From Roseiarcus sp. (lineage in GTDB: Bacteria; Pseudomonadota; Alphaproteobacteria; Rhizobiales; Beijerinckiaceae): 64,000 nt of DNA. Both the position numbers and the translations under genes were made by a program. Location: the NCBI GenBank assembly GCA_036513315.1, contig DATBZF010000031.1, positions 65,304-129,303 of the forward strand, in the 5' to 3' direction. The notes beneath the pieces are model-generated. The model searched no databases. It was not told where the DNA came from and saw only the letters and a program-made list of their open reading frames with translations. Shown piece after piece: positions 8,759 to 18,889 of the stretch. Positions within the stretch are counted from its first letter, which is position 1, and every line of letters starts with the position of its first letter.

Positions 8759-9279
8759 GACTTCTTTCCGTCGGTCATCGCGCCGGCCATCAAGTCGGTC
8801 AGCTTGGCGGCCTTGCCAGCCTCCATCTCATTGAGGATCGCGCTGGAAACTCTTGGATTGAGCCTGGTGAGGAGCGCGGCGGCGGTGGATTCCTCCATCA
8901 CGATCATCTGCGAGGCGGCGGCTTCCGGCAGCATCTTGGCGTAAATGGCGACGATGCCATCGTCCGCCTTTTTCATCATCGCTTCGCGCTTGTCGACCCA
9001 TTGTTTGGCTTCGGCTTCCTTGGCGTCGAGATCGGCGATTCTCTGTTTGAGCTGCGCTTCCAACTCGCCCATCCGCTTCATCTGCCAGGCGACGCGCGCG
9101 TCGGCGGCGAAACTGGCGATATTGCCGCAATATTGCTGGACGCCGTCGCTGGCGTCGTTCTCCGCCTTTTTCGTTTCCCCATCGGCTTTTTTCTGGTCTT
9201 GCGGCAGCGCGGGCGCAGCGAGGCAGGCGATCGCCGCCGCGGTCAGCATCCCCAGGAAAAGTGGTTTTGGCGTCAGCAT
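8755..9279 (-). CDS. motE: MotE/FlbB-like periplasmic flagellar protein (MgtE-N-like domain)
   Basis: 174 aa with a signal peptide and a coiled-coil KEAEAKQW region. The C-terminal AIYAKMLPEAAASQM..ME...AAALLTRLNPRVSSAILNEM segment resembles MotE/FlbB. It occupies the position between flgI and flgH that motE holds in Sinorhizobium-type clusters (from memory). ATGA overlap with flgH. Confidence 0.6.
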   Translation of the reverse strand: MLTPKPLFLGMLTAAAIACLAAPALPQDQKKADGETKKAENDASDGVQQYCGNIASFAADARVAWQMKRMGELEAQLKQRIADLDAKEAEAKQWVDKREAMMKKADDGIVAIYAKMLPEAAASQMIVMEESTAAALLTRLNPRVSSAILNEMEAGKAAKLTDLMAGAMTDGKKS

Positions 9280-9444
9280 GGGCGGTTCTGTGCGCGGGGC
9301 GGAGAAAGGGCTTTGTCGTCACAGTGCAGCGGGCAGCTTGCGCCGGGCTGGACGGTCAAGCCTTTCGCGCCGCAAACCGAGGAATTGAAGTCTTTGCGGG
9401 AGATGATTCGAGCGCCGCCGGGGCGCCGATATTGCGCTCAGAAT

Positions 9445-10539
9445 TTATTGGACGACCAGATCCGCTTGCAGCGCGCCGGCGGTCTTGATCGCCTGCAGGA
9501 TGGCGATAATTCCCGGCGGCTTGAGGCCGATCCTGTTGAGGCCGGCGACGAGGGAGCGCAGGCTCGTGCCCCCGATGATGGCGACCTGACCGCCCGATTC
9601 GTTGGCTTCAATCTGGGTCCGCGGCGTCACCACCGTCTTGCCATCCGAGAACGAGCGCGGCTGGGAGACCTCGGGCGTCTCGGTGATGCGGACCGACAAC
9701 GTCCCGTGCGTGACCGCGACCGTAGAAATCTGCACGTCCTGACCGATGACGATCGTTCCCGTGCGCGCATCGAGAACGACGCGAGCGGTCATATCCGGCT
9801 CGATCAGCAGATCGCCGATTTCCGCCATGAAGCGGGCGACGCCGATTTGCGCCGGGCGAAACAACGTGATCGTTCGAAAGTCCTGTTCGAAAGCCGCCTG
9901 CTTATGGAAGCGCTCGCGTGAATAGGCATTGATCGCGTCGGCGATCCGCACCGCTGTCTTGTAGTCGGGGTTCCTCAATTCCAGCGTCAACACACCGGTG
10001 TCCTTGATCGGCGGCAGGCTTTTCTCGACCAGCGCGCCGTTCGATATGCGCCCGGCGGTCGGCACGCCCTGAGAAAGGGTTTCTCCCTGGCCGGAAGCGT
10101 CGAATCCCGTTACCGAGACGGCGCCTTGCGCGACCGCGTAGGTCTGCCCGTCGGCGCCTGATAAAGTCGTCAGGACCAAGGTTCCGCCCATCAGGGATGT
10201 CGCATCGCCAAGCGAGGAAACCGTGACGTCCATTCGCGAACCGACGCCCGCCGCCGGCGGCAGGTCGGCAGTGACGATGACCGCCGCGACGTTGCGGTTG
10301 CCCAGCGTGGTGTTGCGCACCTCGATGCCCATCCGATCAAGCATCGATTGTATGGCTTGCTGGGTGAACGGCGAATTGCGCAGGGTGTCGCCCGCGCCCT
10401 GAATGCCGACGACGAGGCCGTAACCGATCAATTGATTGTCGCGTACGCCTTGCAGCGATGCGATATCCTTGATGCGAACCGCGGCGGCGGCCTGGGCGGC
10501 GATGAGGCAGGCGATCGCCGCCAGAAGCAAACGTCGCAT
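9445..10539 (-). CDS. flgI: Flagellar P-ring protein FlgI
   Basis: 364 aa with a signal peptide. Motifs: RIKDIASLQGVRDNQLIGYGLVVGI.G.GD, NVAAV.VTA.LPP....GS..DVTVSS.GDA.SL.GG.L..T.L, and a C-terminal ALQAIK.AGAL.A.L.V.. Confidence 0.95.
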   Translation of the reverse strand: MRRLLLAAIACLIAAQAAAAVRIKDIASLQGVRDNQLIGYGLVVGIQGAGDTLRNSPFTQQAIQSMLDRMGIEVRNTTLGNRNVAAVIVTADLPPAAGVGSRMDVTVSSLGDATSLMGGTLVLTTLSGADGQTYAVAQGAVSVTGFDASGQGETLSQGVPTAGRISNGALVEKSLPPIKDTGVLTLELRNPDYKTAVRIADAINAYSRERFHKQAAFEQDFRTITLFRPAQIGVARFMAEIGDLLIEPDMTARVVLDARTGTIVIGQDVQISTVAVTHGTLSVRITETPEVSQPRSFSDGKTVVTPRTQIEANESGGQVAIIGGTSLRSLVAGLNRIGLKPPGIIAILQAIKTAGALQADLVVQ

Positions 10540-11057
10540 CAGCTATCGCTCACGCTGACGGAGCCGTCGGGCTGTATCGTTCCCGAAATCGTCAATCCGC
10601 TGTCCGAATTGCGAACCTTGATCGTATCGCCGACCGCGCCGGTTTCCAGCGCAAGCGCCGAGGTGATGATGCTCAGGCCGCCATCGTGATAGACAAGCTT
10701 GACCTGGGCGCCGAGCGCGACGGCTCTGGGGTTGGCGATCGCCAGCGTCGTGATGGCGCGGCCCGGCAGCAGAGTTCGCGTGGCGACCTTGCCGATGAGG
10801 TCGGCGCGGCTTTCGATGAGCGGGCCGTCGACATTGGGGAGGTCATAGATGGAAATGTCGGTCAGCATTCCCTCGCGGATAATGTCGCCGGGATAGATGA
10901 CCTGGCTCGGCGTCGGCAGCATCCTTTCTTCGGCGGCGACGGGAAGCGCCGCCCCAAGCAAAAGATAGGCCGCCAGCGCCAGGCGTCGTGGCGGATTAGG
11001 CCATCCCCTTCGCCTCGATCGCTGCTTTGCGCCCAAAGACATCTCGCCCGCCTTCAT
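10539..11057 (-). CDS. flgA: Flagellar P-ring assembly chaperone FlgA
   Basis: 172 aa. SAF-domain-like C-terminus ([48 protein letters not shown]). ATGA overlap with the flgG stop and a 1-nt overlap with the flgI start. Confidence 0.8.
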   Translation of the reverse strand: MKAGEMSLGAKQRSRRRGWPNPPRRLALAAYLLLGAALPVAAEERMLPTPSQVIYPGDIIREGMLTDISIYDLPNVDGPLIESRADLIGKVATRTLLPGRAITTLAIANPRAVALGAQVKLVYHDGGLSIITSALALETGAVGDTIKVRNSDSGLTISGTIQPDGSVSVSDS

Positions 11058-11848
11058 TGCCTGATATTGGTGATCGTGGCCGACATCTGATCGGCCGCCT
11101 GGATCACCTTGGAATTCATCTCATAGGCTCTCTGCGCCGCGATCAGATTGGTGATTTCGCTCACCGGATCGACATTGGAGGCTTCGACATAGCCCTGTTG
11201 AAGCGTGCCAAAGGACGTGTCGCCGGGAACGCCGACGGTCGGCGGTCCGGAGGCGAGCGTCTGCTGCGCCAGATTGCTGCCCAATTGCTGCAGTCCTGCT
11301 TCGTTGACAAAATTGGCGACGGTCAATTGGCCAAGAGTTTGCGGGTTGACCTGGCCCGGAAGCGTCACCGTCACCAGGCCGGTCTGGCTGACCGTTAAAT
11401 TAGTCGAATTGATCGGTATGTTGATCGGCGGCGTGATCAGATAACCGTCCGTCGTCACCAGTTGGCCGGTGCCATTGGTGTTGAAAGAGCCGTCGCGCGT
11501 ATAGGCGATGGTGCTGTCGGGCATCGTCACCTGGAACCAGCCCCGCCCGTTTATGGCGAGGTCCAGCGTATTGCCGGTGCTGGTCAGCGATCCCTGGGTG
11601 TTCAGGCTGCGTATCGCGGCGGTGCGCACGCCGAGGCCAAGCTGAGCGCCTTCCGGGATCGTCGCATCGCGTCCACGGTTGGAGACTCCCATCAGTCGTT
11701 CGGACTGATACATAAGGTCGGTGAATTCGGCGCGCGAGCGCTTGAATCCTGTCGTGTTGATGTTCGCGATATTATTCGCGATGACTTCCAGGTTTTGTTC
11801 CTGGGCGCTCATTCCGGTCGCCGCAATGGCCAGCGTCAGCATGGTCAT
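11054..11848 (-). CDS. flgG: Flagellar distal rod protein FlgG
   Basis: 264 aa. The N-terminus reads [35 protein letters not shown]. The C-terminus reads [40 protein letters not shown]. Confidence 0.93.
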   Translation of the reverse strand: MTMLTLAIAATGMSAQEQNLEVIANNIANINTTGFKRSRAEFTDLMYQSERLMGVSNRGRDATIPEGAQLGLGVRTAAIRSLNTQGSLTSTGNTLDLAINGRGWFQVTMPDSTIAYTRDGSFNTNGTGQLVTTDGYLITPPINIPINSTNLTVSQTGLVTVTLPGQVNPQTLGQLTVANFVNEAGLQQLGSNLAQQTLASGPPTVGVPGDTSFGTLQQGYVEASNVDPVSEITNLIAAQRAYEMNSKVIQAADQMSATITNIRQ

Positions 11849-11852
11849 GGCG

Positions 11853-12167
11853 TTACATCGCCATCCGGCTGATTTCCTGGTAGGCGGAGACCGCCTTGTC
11901 GCGCATCGCCAGAACAGATTGCAGCGAGCGTTGCGCCGACATGATCGATTCGACGACCTGATGCACCGGCGTCGTGCCCTGCATGCTGCCGATCGAAGCG
12001 GCTTCCGCCGATTTCAGGCTGCCGATGGCGTCGCCGGTGACCTCATTCATGATCTGGCCGAAGTCGGCGCCGCCGGTCGCGCTGACGTTTGATCCCGTCG
12101 CCGCCGGCGCGCCGAGGGAGGCGATCGATGAATTGGTCGCGGTAAGAGCAGAAACGCCGTCTATCAT
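11853..12167 (-). CDS. fliE: Flagellar hook-basal body protein FliE
   Basis: 104 aa. FliE-like: [10 protein letters not shown]......LK.AE..S.....G.....HQVV.S...A..SLQ....+RDK.V.AYQEI..M. Confidence 0.85.
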   Translation of the reverse strand: MIDGVSALTATNSSIASLGAPAATGSNVSATGGADFGQIMNEVTGDAIGSLKSAEAASIGSMQGTTPVHQVVESIMSAQRSLQSVLAMRDKAVSAYQEISRMAM

Positions 12168-12169
12168 TG

Positions 12170-12586
12170 TTAATCCTTCAACAGACCGATAGTCATGGAC
12201 GTCAGGTCGCCAGACTGCTTGACGACCTGCAGATTCGCCTCATAGGAGCGATTGGCCTCGCGCATATCCGCGAGCTCGACGAGAAGATTGACGTTAGGCA
12301 GTTTGACGAAGCCTTTATCGTCCGCGGCCGGATTGCCGGGATCGAGTTCGATTTTGAACGGCTGGTCGTCGAGGCCGATTCGTTTGACGCGCACGGTCTG
12401 AACGCCCGAAGCGCGATCCAACTCCGTATCGAATGAAATGGTCTTGCGGGTATAGGGATTGGCGCCGGGCGTCGAGGCGGTCGATTCCGCATTCGCGACA
12501 TTCTCGGAGATGACGCGCAGGCGCGTCGACTGAACTTCCATGCCCGAACCGGCGATCTTCAGGGAGGCTTGCAATGGATCGATCAT
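12170..12586 (-). CDS. flgC: Flagellar proximal rod protein FlgC
   Basis: 138 aa. Motifs: ...[24 protein letters not shown]...PGANPYTRK and a C-terminal [30 protein letters not shown]. Confidence 0.93.
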   Translation of the reverse strand: MIDPLQASLKIAGSGMEVQSTRLRVISENVANAESTASTPGANPYTRKTISFDTELDRASGVQTVRVKRIGLDDQPFKIELDPGNPAADDKGFVKLPNVNLLVELADMREANRSYEANLQVVKQSGDLTSMTIGLLKD

Positions 12587-12592
12587 GGTCGG

Positions 12593-12970
12593 TCACTTCG
12601 CGCTGAGCATGAGCATTTGATGAAAGGCGCGCTTGATGTTGGAATTGAGCGTGAAGGAGCGGTTGATGTCGCCCTCCTTCATCAGTTCCTGTTCCAGACT
12701 GACCGAATTGCCGGAATAGGTGGTCTCCCAGGAATCTTCGGCGGCGGAGCGAGTCGCCGTGAAATCATTGCCTTCGGGGAGTATGTGCGCGCTATTGGTC
12801 GAGACCATGGCGATCTGGGTCTTGTCGAGCACGTCGGTGAAAGGTTGCACGTCCATGCTCAGATATCCCGGCGTGTTCGCGTTGGCGATATTCGTCGCCG
12901 TGGTCCGCTGCCGGGCCGATAGCCATTGCGCCTGTTGCGAGGCCAATTGCAGAAGATAGATCGGTGACAA
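12593..12970 (-). CDS. flgB: Flagellar proximal rod protein FlgB
   Basis: 125 aa. Motifs are ....WLSARQRTTATNIANANTPGY plus GNSVSLEQELMK. It is the first gene of the flgB...fliP string. Confidence 0.9.
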   Translation of the reverse strand: MSPIYLLQLASQQAQWLSARQRTTATNIANANTPGYLSMDVQPFTDVLDKTQIAMVSTNSAHILPEGNDFTATRSAAEDSWETTYSGNSVSLEQELMKEGDINRSFTLNSNIKRAFHQMLMLSAK

Positions 12971-13069
12971 TGCCGAACTCCCAAGTCGACGCTTGGCCAG
13001 AGATTATCGGACATAACTTGCCCCAGGCTGGCGTTGGGTCCCTTACGGACGGCTTGGCTCGGCTTGTCG

Positions 13070-13525
13070 TCAGGCCGCCGACGCCCGCCGTTGCGCCCTT
13101 TGATCCGGCAGCTTGGCGTCGGCGATGGCGTCGATCAGTTTTTTGGTCATGGCTTCCGCGTCGAGACCCGTCTCATCAAAGAAGACATCGATGACTTCGA
13201 CGGCGGCGCGCGATTGGCTCAGCACCAATCTGAAAAATACGCTGACCGCGGCGTGGCGGAACTCCAAATCGAGCAGAATCGTCGGCGACGTATCCCATCG
13301 GACGCTGCATCCGGCCGCCAGCGCATATTTCAGCGTTCCATTCTTGAAATAAAGCTCGGTCGACGAATTGACGAGATCCTCGATATTCGCGGTCTGGTCG
13401 CTTCGCACGAAGAGCATCAGATCGCCGACGTCAGCCAAGCGTAATTCCGTGGCGACGTCGACAACGCTTTCGGCGATGATTTTCTCCACGACCCGGAAAT
13501 GGGTCCTGGCGGCTTCGAGAGTCAT
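13070..13525 (-). CDS. Hypothetical acidic protein translationally coupled to flhB
   Basis: 151 aa. Its ATG at 13525 overlaps the flhB stop (ATGA, 13522-13525). GC3-rich codon usage, no TM and no motif I recognise. Confidence 0.6.
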   Translation of the reverse strand: MTLEAARTHFRVVEKIIAESVVDVATELRLADVGDLMLFVRSDQTANIEDLVNSSTELYFKNGTLKYALAAGCSVRWDTSPTILLDLEFRHAAVSVFFRLVLSQSRAAVEVIDVFFDETGLDAEAMTKKLIDAIADAKLPDQRAQRRASAA

Positions 13526-14619
13526 GCGCGCTGTCCGTGTCTAACGATGGGCCAATTACTCTTCTTGGTCTGGATGAGATGAATGATCTCGGCGATGGTT
13601 CGGTAGAATTCCGGGGGAATCATGCTGTCCACGCTGACAACATCATACAGGGACCTTGCGAGAGCCTTGTCTTCGATGAGCGGAATGCCATTTTGTTCGG
13701 CGATCTCGCGGATCTTGAGAGCGATCAGATCCTGGCCCTTTGCGACAACCATCGGGACGCCGCCTTCGCTGCGCACATAGCGCAAGGCGACGGCGTAATG
13801 GGTGGGATTGACAATGACCATCGTCGCCTTTGGCACGCCCGCGAGCATGCGCCGGCGGGAACGGTCGAGGCGGATCGAGCGAAGGCGGGCCTTCAGCAAT
13901 CGATCGCCTTCCATCTGTTTGATTTCTTCCTTGATTTCGTGCCGGCTCATCCTGTGGTCGCGCACCCAATGTATCCTCGACCAGACGACGTCGGCGGCGG
14001 CGATCAGGAAAGTGGCGACGACCACCGCCGAAAGGAGCTTTATCGCATCGCTGAGAATAAGTTCGGGCAGGTCGCCGATATCCATGAACATTGAATTGAC
14101 CAGCGAAACCCGTTCGCCGCTCAGCACCAGGGCGACAATGGCGCCGACCGCGCCAAGCTTGAGGACGCTCTTGAGGAATTCCGTCAGTCCCTTCAGACCG
14201 AAGGTCCGCGAAAATCCCTTCATCAGCGAGATGCGGCCGAGATCAGGCTGAATCCGCTCGAGCACGAAACGCGGCGCGTTCTGCGCCATCGAGGCGACAA
14301 TTCCGCCGACAATCAGCAATGCGATGGTCGGCGTCAGGAAACTGAACATTTCGCTGAGCGCCACCCGCATCAGAGCCATGACGTCGTCGCTTCTTTCGAG
14401 TCGCAATCCGCCCGAATCATCGAGGAATAGGATTAGCGCGCCGACCAGATGCTGCGCGCCGCTGCGCAACAGGAAAATCATCGAGATCAGGATGCAGGCA
14501 AGCGAGGCGACCAGCGCGACTTCTCGCGACATCGGAACGTCGCCGCGCTCCATGGAATCGCTGAGCTTCTTTTCTGTAGCGTTTTCTGTTTGACTTTCTT
14601 TGTCGGTTTCCTCGCTCAT
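13522..14619 (-). CDS. flhB: Flagellar export switch protein FlhB
   Basis: 365 aa. SEETDKESQTENATEKKL.DS.ERGDVP.S.E at the N-terminus, four TMs, and the NPTH autocleavage motif (VIVNPTHYAVALRY) followed by P.VVAKG.D..A.KIREIA..N.IP..ED..LAR.LY. Confidence 0.95.
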   Translation of the reverse strand: MSEETDKESQTENATEKKLSDSMERGDVPMSREVALVASLACILISMIFLLRSGAQHLVGALILFLDDSGGLRLERSDDVMALMRVALSEMFSFLTPTIALLIVGGIVASMAQNAPRFVLERIQPDLGRISLMKGFSRTFGLKGLTEFLKSVLKLGAVGAIVALVLSGERVSLVNSMFMDIGDLPELILSDAIKLLSAVVVATFLIAAADVVWSRIHWVRDHRMSRHEIKEEIKQMEGDRLLKARLRSIRLDRSRRRMLAGVPKATMVIVNPTHYAVALRYVRSEGGVPMVVAKGQDLIALKIREIAEQNGIPLIEDKALARSLYDVVSVDSMIPPEFYRTIAEIIHLIQTKKSNWPIVRHGQRA

Positions 14620-14637
14620 CTGCGCGTCAGATCCAGA

Positions 14638-15663
14638 TCAGGCCGCGTCGAGTTCGCTGGAGGCAATTTCGATCTCGTTGCGCTGGGCCATTTCCAGCAC
14701 GAGATCGGCAATCATCCGGCGCGCCTTCGCCACGTCGCGCGGCGAAACCACCGAACCGTCGTCGAGTTCGCTCTCGACAAGGCGGCGCGCGCGCGAGGTG
14801 AGCGACGAGAGAACGCCGTCGCGGAATTCCGCCTGCGTTCCCCTTAGCGCGAGGACGACACGCTCGGTCGGTATCTTGTCGAACAGCGTCGCCCGGGCCT
14901 TGACCGAAAGCTTGAGCATATCATCGAAGGAGAACAGCAATTTCTTGAGGATTTCGACTTCCTTCGGTCGCGCCAGCGCCAAGCTCTGGAGAACATCCTC
15001 CATCGCTTCCGGCTCCAGTTGATTGATGATGTTGGCCATGCGCGAATGCGGGCTGGCGCCGCTGTGTCGCGCGGCGGCGTTGAGGAGATCCTCCTGCAGG
15101 ACGCCTTCGATGCTGCGCAAGGTCGAGTCCTGGACAGGCTCGAGGGACAACATGCGGCGCATCGCCTCGTTGCGGAAATCGCGTGGAAGCTGCGCGGATA
15201 TTTTGGCGGCGAGGCTGGGGCTTAGTTTCGACAGGACGAAGGCGGCGGTCTGCGGATGCTCCTTGAGGAGATAGGCCGCAAATACGTTTTCCGGAATGCC
15301 CGCCAGCTTTTCCCACATGCCCGAATTGGAGCTGCCCAAAACATCCGACAGGATATCGGCGACCTGCTCGGGCGGAAATGCGCCGGTCAACAATTGCTCG
15401 GCTTCTCCGGCATTGCCCAGAAGATCGAGGCCATTGGAGAATTGAGCGGAAAATTCTTCAACCAGCGCCTCCAGAACCGGCGTCGGCACGGCGCCCAATC
15501 CCGAGGCTGACTTCGTGATCTGGCGAAGTTCGAGAGGATCGAAATGTTTCAAAAGCCGCCCGGCGACTGGTTTGCCCATCGCCAAAAGCAATGCCGCGAC
15601 CTTGTCGGAGCCTTTCAGACGCCGCGCGGCGCCGGGAATTCGCACGGTTGAGGTCACGGACAT
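14638..15663 (-). CDS. fliG: Flagellar rotor/switch protein FliG
   Basis: 341 aa. LKGSDKVAALLLAMGK..A..LLKHFD..EL..I...... and a C-terminal ....VLALRG......D.VLSS+..RA.....E. Confidence 0.93.
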   Translation of the reverse strand: MSVTSTVRIPGAARRLKGSDKVAALLLAMGKPVAGRLLKHFDPLELRQITKSASGLGAVPTPVLEALVEEFSAQFSNGLDLLGNAGEAEQLLTGAFPPEQVADILSDVLGSSNSGMWEKLAGIPENVFAAYLLKEHPQTAAFVLSKLSPSLAAKISAQLPRDFRNEAMRRMLSLEPVQDSTLRSIEGVLQEDLLNAAARHSGASPHSRMANIINQLEPEAMEDVLQSLALARPKEVEILKKLLFSFDDMLKLSVKARATLFDKIPTERVVLALRGTQAEFRDGVLSSLTSRARRLVESELDDGSVVSPRDVAKARRMIADLVLEMAQRNEIEIASSELDAA

Positions 15664-15676
15664 CGATTGGCTCCGG

Positions 15677-16018
15677 TCAGGTCGCGCTTTCCGCGCTGGA
15701 TGAGGTGACGATCTCGGTCAGCGAAACGCCGAAGCGCGAACTGTCTTCATCGACGACCACCACTTCTCCGCGCGCGATAACGCGCCCGTTGACGACGATA
15801 TTGACAGCCTCTCCGACCCTTTGATCGAGGGAAATGACGGCGCCGCGACCAAGCTTCATCAGGCTGGCGACTGGCATCGACGTCGAACCCAGAACCACTT
15901 GCACCGTGACCGGGATTTTCAGGATCGTATCGTAGTTCCCGGCGTTTTCGCGCGGTCCGGCGCCGGTCGTCGCAGATGGGTTGGTCGGGGCGTCGATGTC
16001 GGACATTGAAGTATTCAC
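15677..16018 (-). CDS. fliN: Flagellar switch protein FliN
   Basis: 113 aa. SpoA domain: ILKIPVTVQVVLGSTSMPVASLMKLGRGAVISLDQRVGEAVNIVVNGRVIARGEVVVVD. Confidence 0.9.
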   Translation of the reverse strand: MNTSMSDIDAPTNPSATTGAGPRENAGNYDTILKIPVTVQVVLGSTSMPVASLMKLGRGAVISLDQRVGEAVNIVVNGRVIARGEVVVVDEDSSRFGVSLTEIVTSSSAESAT

Positions 16019-16109
16019 TTTCTATTTGGTTCAACCAGTGAGGCGGCGTTACAGAATTCGGCGCACCCTTTGGCAGCGCCGGGTGCGCGCTACTCGTCTA
16101 AAAAATTCT

Positions 16110-17051
16110 CTAACCCAAGATCAAGTCGTCAAGAATATCTCTCTCCTCGACGATCGGTTCTTCGATCTCCAGAGTGTAGCGTCCGTCCGCCTGATTGAGC
16201 TTGCACCAGAACAGATCGTGCTCGCCACATTCGAGCCTGACCCGGCCCATTCCCGAGCCCCGCAATTTGAGGACATGGCCGACATCGATCGCGGCGATCT
16301 CCCCCAATGTCATCGGGATCTCCTCCAAAATGCCCTTGACGGTCATCTCAGTGAAACTGACCCCGGCCTGCATCTGCCGCGTCCAGCGCGGATCGCCAGC
16401 GACGCTTTCGCTGGATATTTCGCGCGCCAGCTTCTGCCGGATCGGCTGCAACGCCGTTTGCGGAATGACGATCGCCATCTCTCCGCGCATGCCGGAGGCC
16501 TGGAGAAGGATATTTGCGATGACGACAGGCGCGTCGCGGCGCCCCAGAATGCCCGCATCGACGAGCGTCTCCTGTCGCTCCAGCTTGAAAGAAGCCTCGA
16601 CCAGCCCCGCCAGCGCCGATTGAAGCGATCTGGCCGCCAGCTCCGAGATTTTCTGAACAAGGTTCATCTCGATTTTCGTGAACGGGCGGCTCGCCTGTTC
16701 CTGCGCATCGGCGCCGTCGCCGCCCAACAAGATGTGGACGAGCGAGAGGACGAAGGCCTGATCGAAGATCGCCAGCGAACGGCAATCGAGTTCCGAGGAG
16801 TGAAGGACTGCGCCAACCGACCCTTTCGACGCCGCCAGAATCTCGAAAAGCTCGCCCGTCGCCAAGCCCTCGACCGAAAACTTCACCGGGGCGCGACTGA
16901 GGGTGCGCATGCCCTCCATCAAGCCGGCTGTCAGCTGCTCGAAGACGATGGCGAGCATCGGCAGGCGTTCGATCGCAAAGCCCGACTGATCGAGCAGCGC
17001 ATCGGAACTCCTGCGCTGGGGCGGCGACGCCTGTTGTTCCCTGGTCGCCAT
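16110..17051 (-). CDS. fliM: Flagellar switch protein FliM (short rhizobial type)
   Basis: 313 aa. Its position between motA and fliN, and a C-terminal SpoA-like segment (MTLGEIAAIDVGHVLKL....GRVRLECGEHDLFWCKL), fit FliM as found in Rhizobiales. Confidence 0.85.
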   Translation of the reverse strand: MATREQQASPPQRRSSDALLDQSGFAIERLPMLAIVFEQLTAGLMEGMRTLSRAPVKFSVEGLATGELFEILAASKGSVGAVLHSSELDCRSLAIFDQAFVLSLVHILLGGDGADAQEQASRPFTKIEMNLVQKISELAARSLQSALAGLVEASFKLERQETLVDAGILGRRDAPVVIANILLQASGMRGEMAIVIPQTALQPIRQKLAREISSESVAGDPRWTRQMQAGVSFTEMTVKGILEEIPMTLGEIAAIDVGHVLKLRGSGMGRVRLECGEHDLFWCKLNQADGRYTLEIEEPIVEERDILDDLILG

Positions 17052-17055
17052 GATC

Positions 17056-17952
17056 TTAGGCCGCCGCCTTCATCGGAGCGTCCGCGCCGCCGCTTGGCGC
17101 GCCGCCGGAAATCGTTTCGTTTTCCACTGTGTCGATCGTCGGGCGTTCCTTGGCGGGAATGGTCTTGCGGCCAAATTCGACGGCGACCTGCGGCATGGCT
17201 CCGTTCATGAACGCAAGCAGCGTTTGCTTGATCAGAACGAATTGCCGCAATTGCTTCTGGCGGACCACTTTGATCTTGCTGGCCACTGGCGACATCACGC
17301 CATAGGAAAGGAAGATGCCGGCGAACGTGCCGACAAGCGCCGCGCCGATCAAACCGCCGAGCAATTCGGGCGATTGATCGAGCGAGCCCATCGCATGAAT
17401 GATGCCCAGAACCGCCGCGACAATGCCGAGCGCCGGCAATCCGTCGGCCACCGCATTGAGCGCGTGGACGGGCTTGAACCGGTCGTAGGTCAGCGTCTGG
17501 ATCTCTTCGTCCATCAGCGCCTCGATCTCATGCGTTTTCGCGCTGCCGATGATGATGAGACGGCAGTAGTCGCAAATGAATGTGACGAGATCGCCATCCT
17601 TGAGCAAGTTCGGAAAGGCTTTGAAGATTTCCGATTCCTTAGGATTTTCGAAGTGATTTTCAACTTCGCTGCGCGATTTGCCCTTCAGTTCGCGCATCAG
17701 CGCATGGAGAACGCTGAGCACGTCGAGGAAATTGCGCGCCTTCGGGCCCTTGTCGGTGATCGCCTCGACGATCGCCTTGCCGCAGTCCTTGATGGTCGAC
17801 AGCGGATTGGCGACGACGAAAATACCGAGCGACGAGCCGCCGATAATGACGAATTCGAATGGCTGCATCAGCACTTCGAGATGCCCGCCAAGCGCCGCGA
17901 ACCCGCCGAGCATGCAGCCGACGGCGATGACCAGACCGACGATGAAATTCAA
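17056..17952 (-). CDS. motA: Flagellar stator protein MotA
   Basis: 298 aa. MotA/TolQ/ExbB fold: two N-terminal TMs, then a cytoplasmic loop, then C-terminal LPALGIVAAVLGIIHAMGS....ELLGGLIGAALVGTFAGIFLSYG. Confidence 0.93.
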   Translation of the reverse strand: MNFIVGLVIAVGCMLGGFAALGGHLEVLMQPFEFVIIGGSSLGIFVVANPLSTIKDCGKAIVEAITDKGPKARNFLDVLSVLHALMRELKGKSRSEVENHFENPKESEIFKAFPNLLKDGDLVTFICDYCRLIIIGSAKTHEIEALMDEEIQTLTYDRFKPVHALNAVADGLPALGIVAAVLGIIHAMGSLDQSPELLGGLIGAALVGTFAGIFLSYGVMSPVASKIKVVRQKQLRQFVLIKQTLLAFMNGAMPQVAVEFGRKTIPAKERPTIDTVENETISGGAPSGGADAPMKAAA

Positions 17953-18129
17953 CTGGCTCTCCTGGCGGTTCTTGGGGCCGCCCTAGGTTGCGTCGGCGAG
18001 CTTGTGTGAGGCTGTCCCGGCCAAACCAGCTTCGCGCAAGTCAGGAGTGGAATGGTGTGCGGGACGCCGCCGGCATGTCTCCGGCGGCGCCGACCAAGCT
18101 GATTCGGCCGACATACGACGGGTTCTTCC

Positions 18130-18855
18130 ATGCAATCTGGGCTTTACGTCGCACTCTCCGGCCAGGTCGCGCTCGAACGGCGGCTGCAGACGATCGCCTC
18201 CAATGTCGCGAATATGAATACCGTCGGCTATCGCGCCGATGGCGTCAGCTTCGAGACGCAATTGGCCAAAGCGGGTGACGCGACGGTGGCGTTTGCCGGC
18301 AACGGCGCGGACTACATTTCGCGCCGGACGGGCGCGATCGTCAAGACCGACAATCCGCTCGACGTCGCCGTTCAGGGCGACGCATGGCTTGCGATCAAGA
18401 CGCCGGCCGGGGTCGTCTACACCAGGGACGGCAGGATGACGCTCCAGGAATCGGGCGAACTGACGACGTTGAACGGCTATGCCATGCTGGACGCCGGTGG
18501 CGCCCCGATCCTGCTCGACCCCAGCGCCGGGCTTCCCGAGATATCGCGCGACGGCATGATCAGCCAGAAGGGCAATCAGGTTGGCGCGCTCGGCCTGTAT
18601 GCGATCGACGACAGCGCCAAGCTGACCCGTTACAACAATTCCGGCGTCATCCCGAGCAAGCCGGCAAACCCGGTCCTCGATTTCGCCACCAATGGCGTCG
18701 CCCAGGGTTTCGTCGAAGATTCAAACGTCAATCCGATCATGGAAATGACGAAGCTCATCACGGTGACGCGCGCCTTCGACAGTATCGCCGCCGCGACCGA
18801 AAAATCCGAATCGTCCCTGACGGACGCCATCAAAACGCTGGGCTCGAGTGGGTGA
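18130..18855 (+). CDS. flgF: Flagellar proximal rod protein FlgF
   Basis: 241 aa. MQSGLYVALSGQVALERRLQTIASNVANMNTVGYRA at the N-terminus and a C-terminal QGFVEDSNVNPIMEMTKLITVTRAFDSIA. Confidence 0.88.
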   Translation: MQSGLYVALSGQVALERRLQTIASNVANMNTVGYRADGVSFETQLAKAGDATVAFAGNGADYISRRTGAIVKTDNPLDVAVQGDAWLAIKTPAGVVYTRDGRMTLQESGELTTLNGYAMLDAGGAPILLDPSAGLPEISRDGMISQKGNQVGALGLYAIDDSAKLTRYNNSGVIPSKPANPVLDFATNGVAQGFVEDSNVNPIMEMTKLITVTRAFDSIAAATEKSESSLTDAIKTLGSSG

Positions 18856-18889
18856 CGAAATTGCGGCGCCAGTCCTTTGAAACCCGCGC

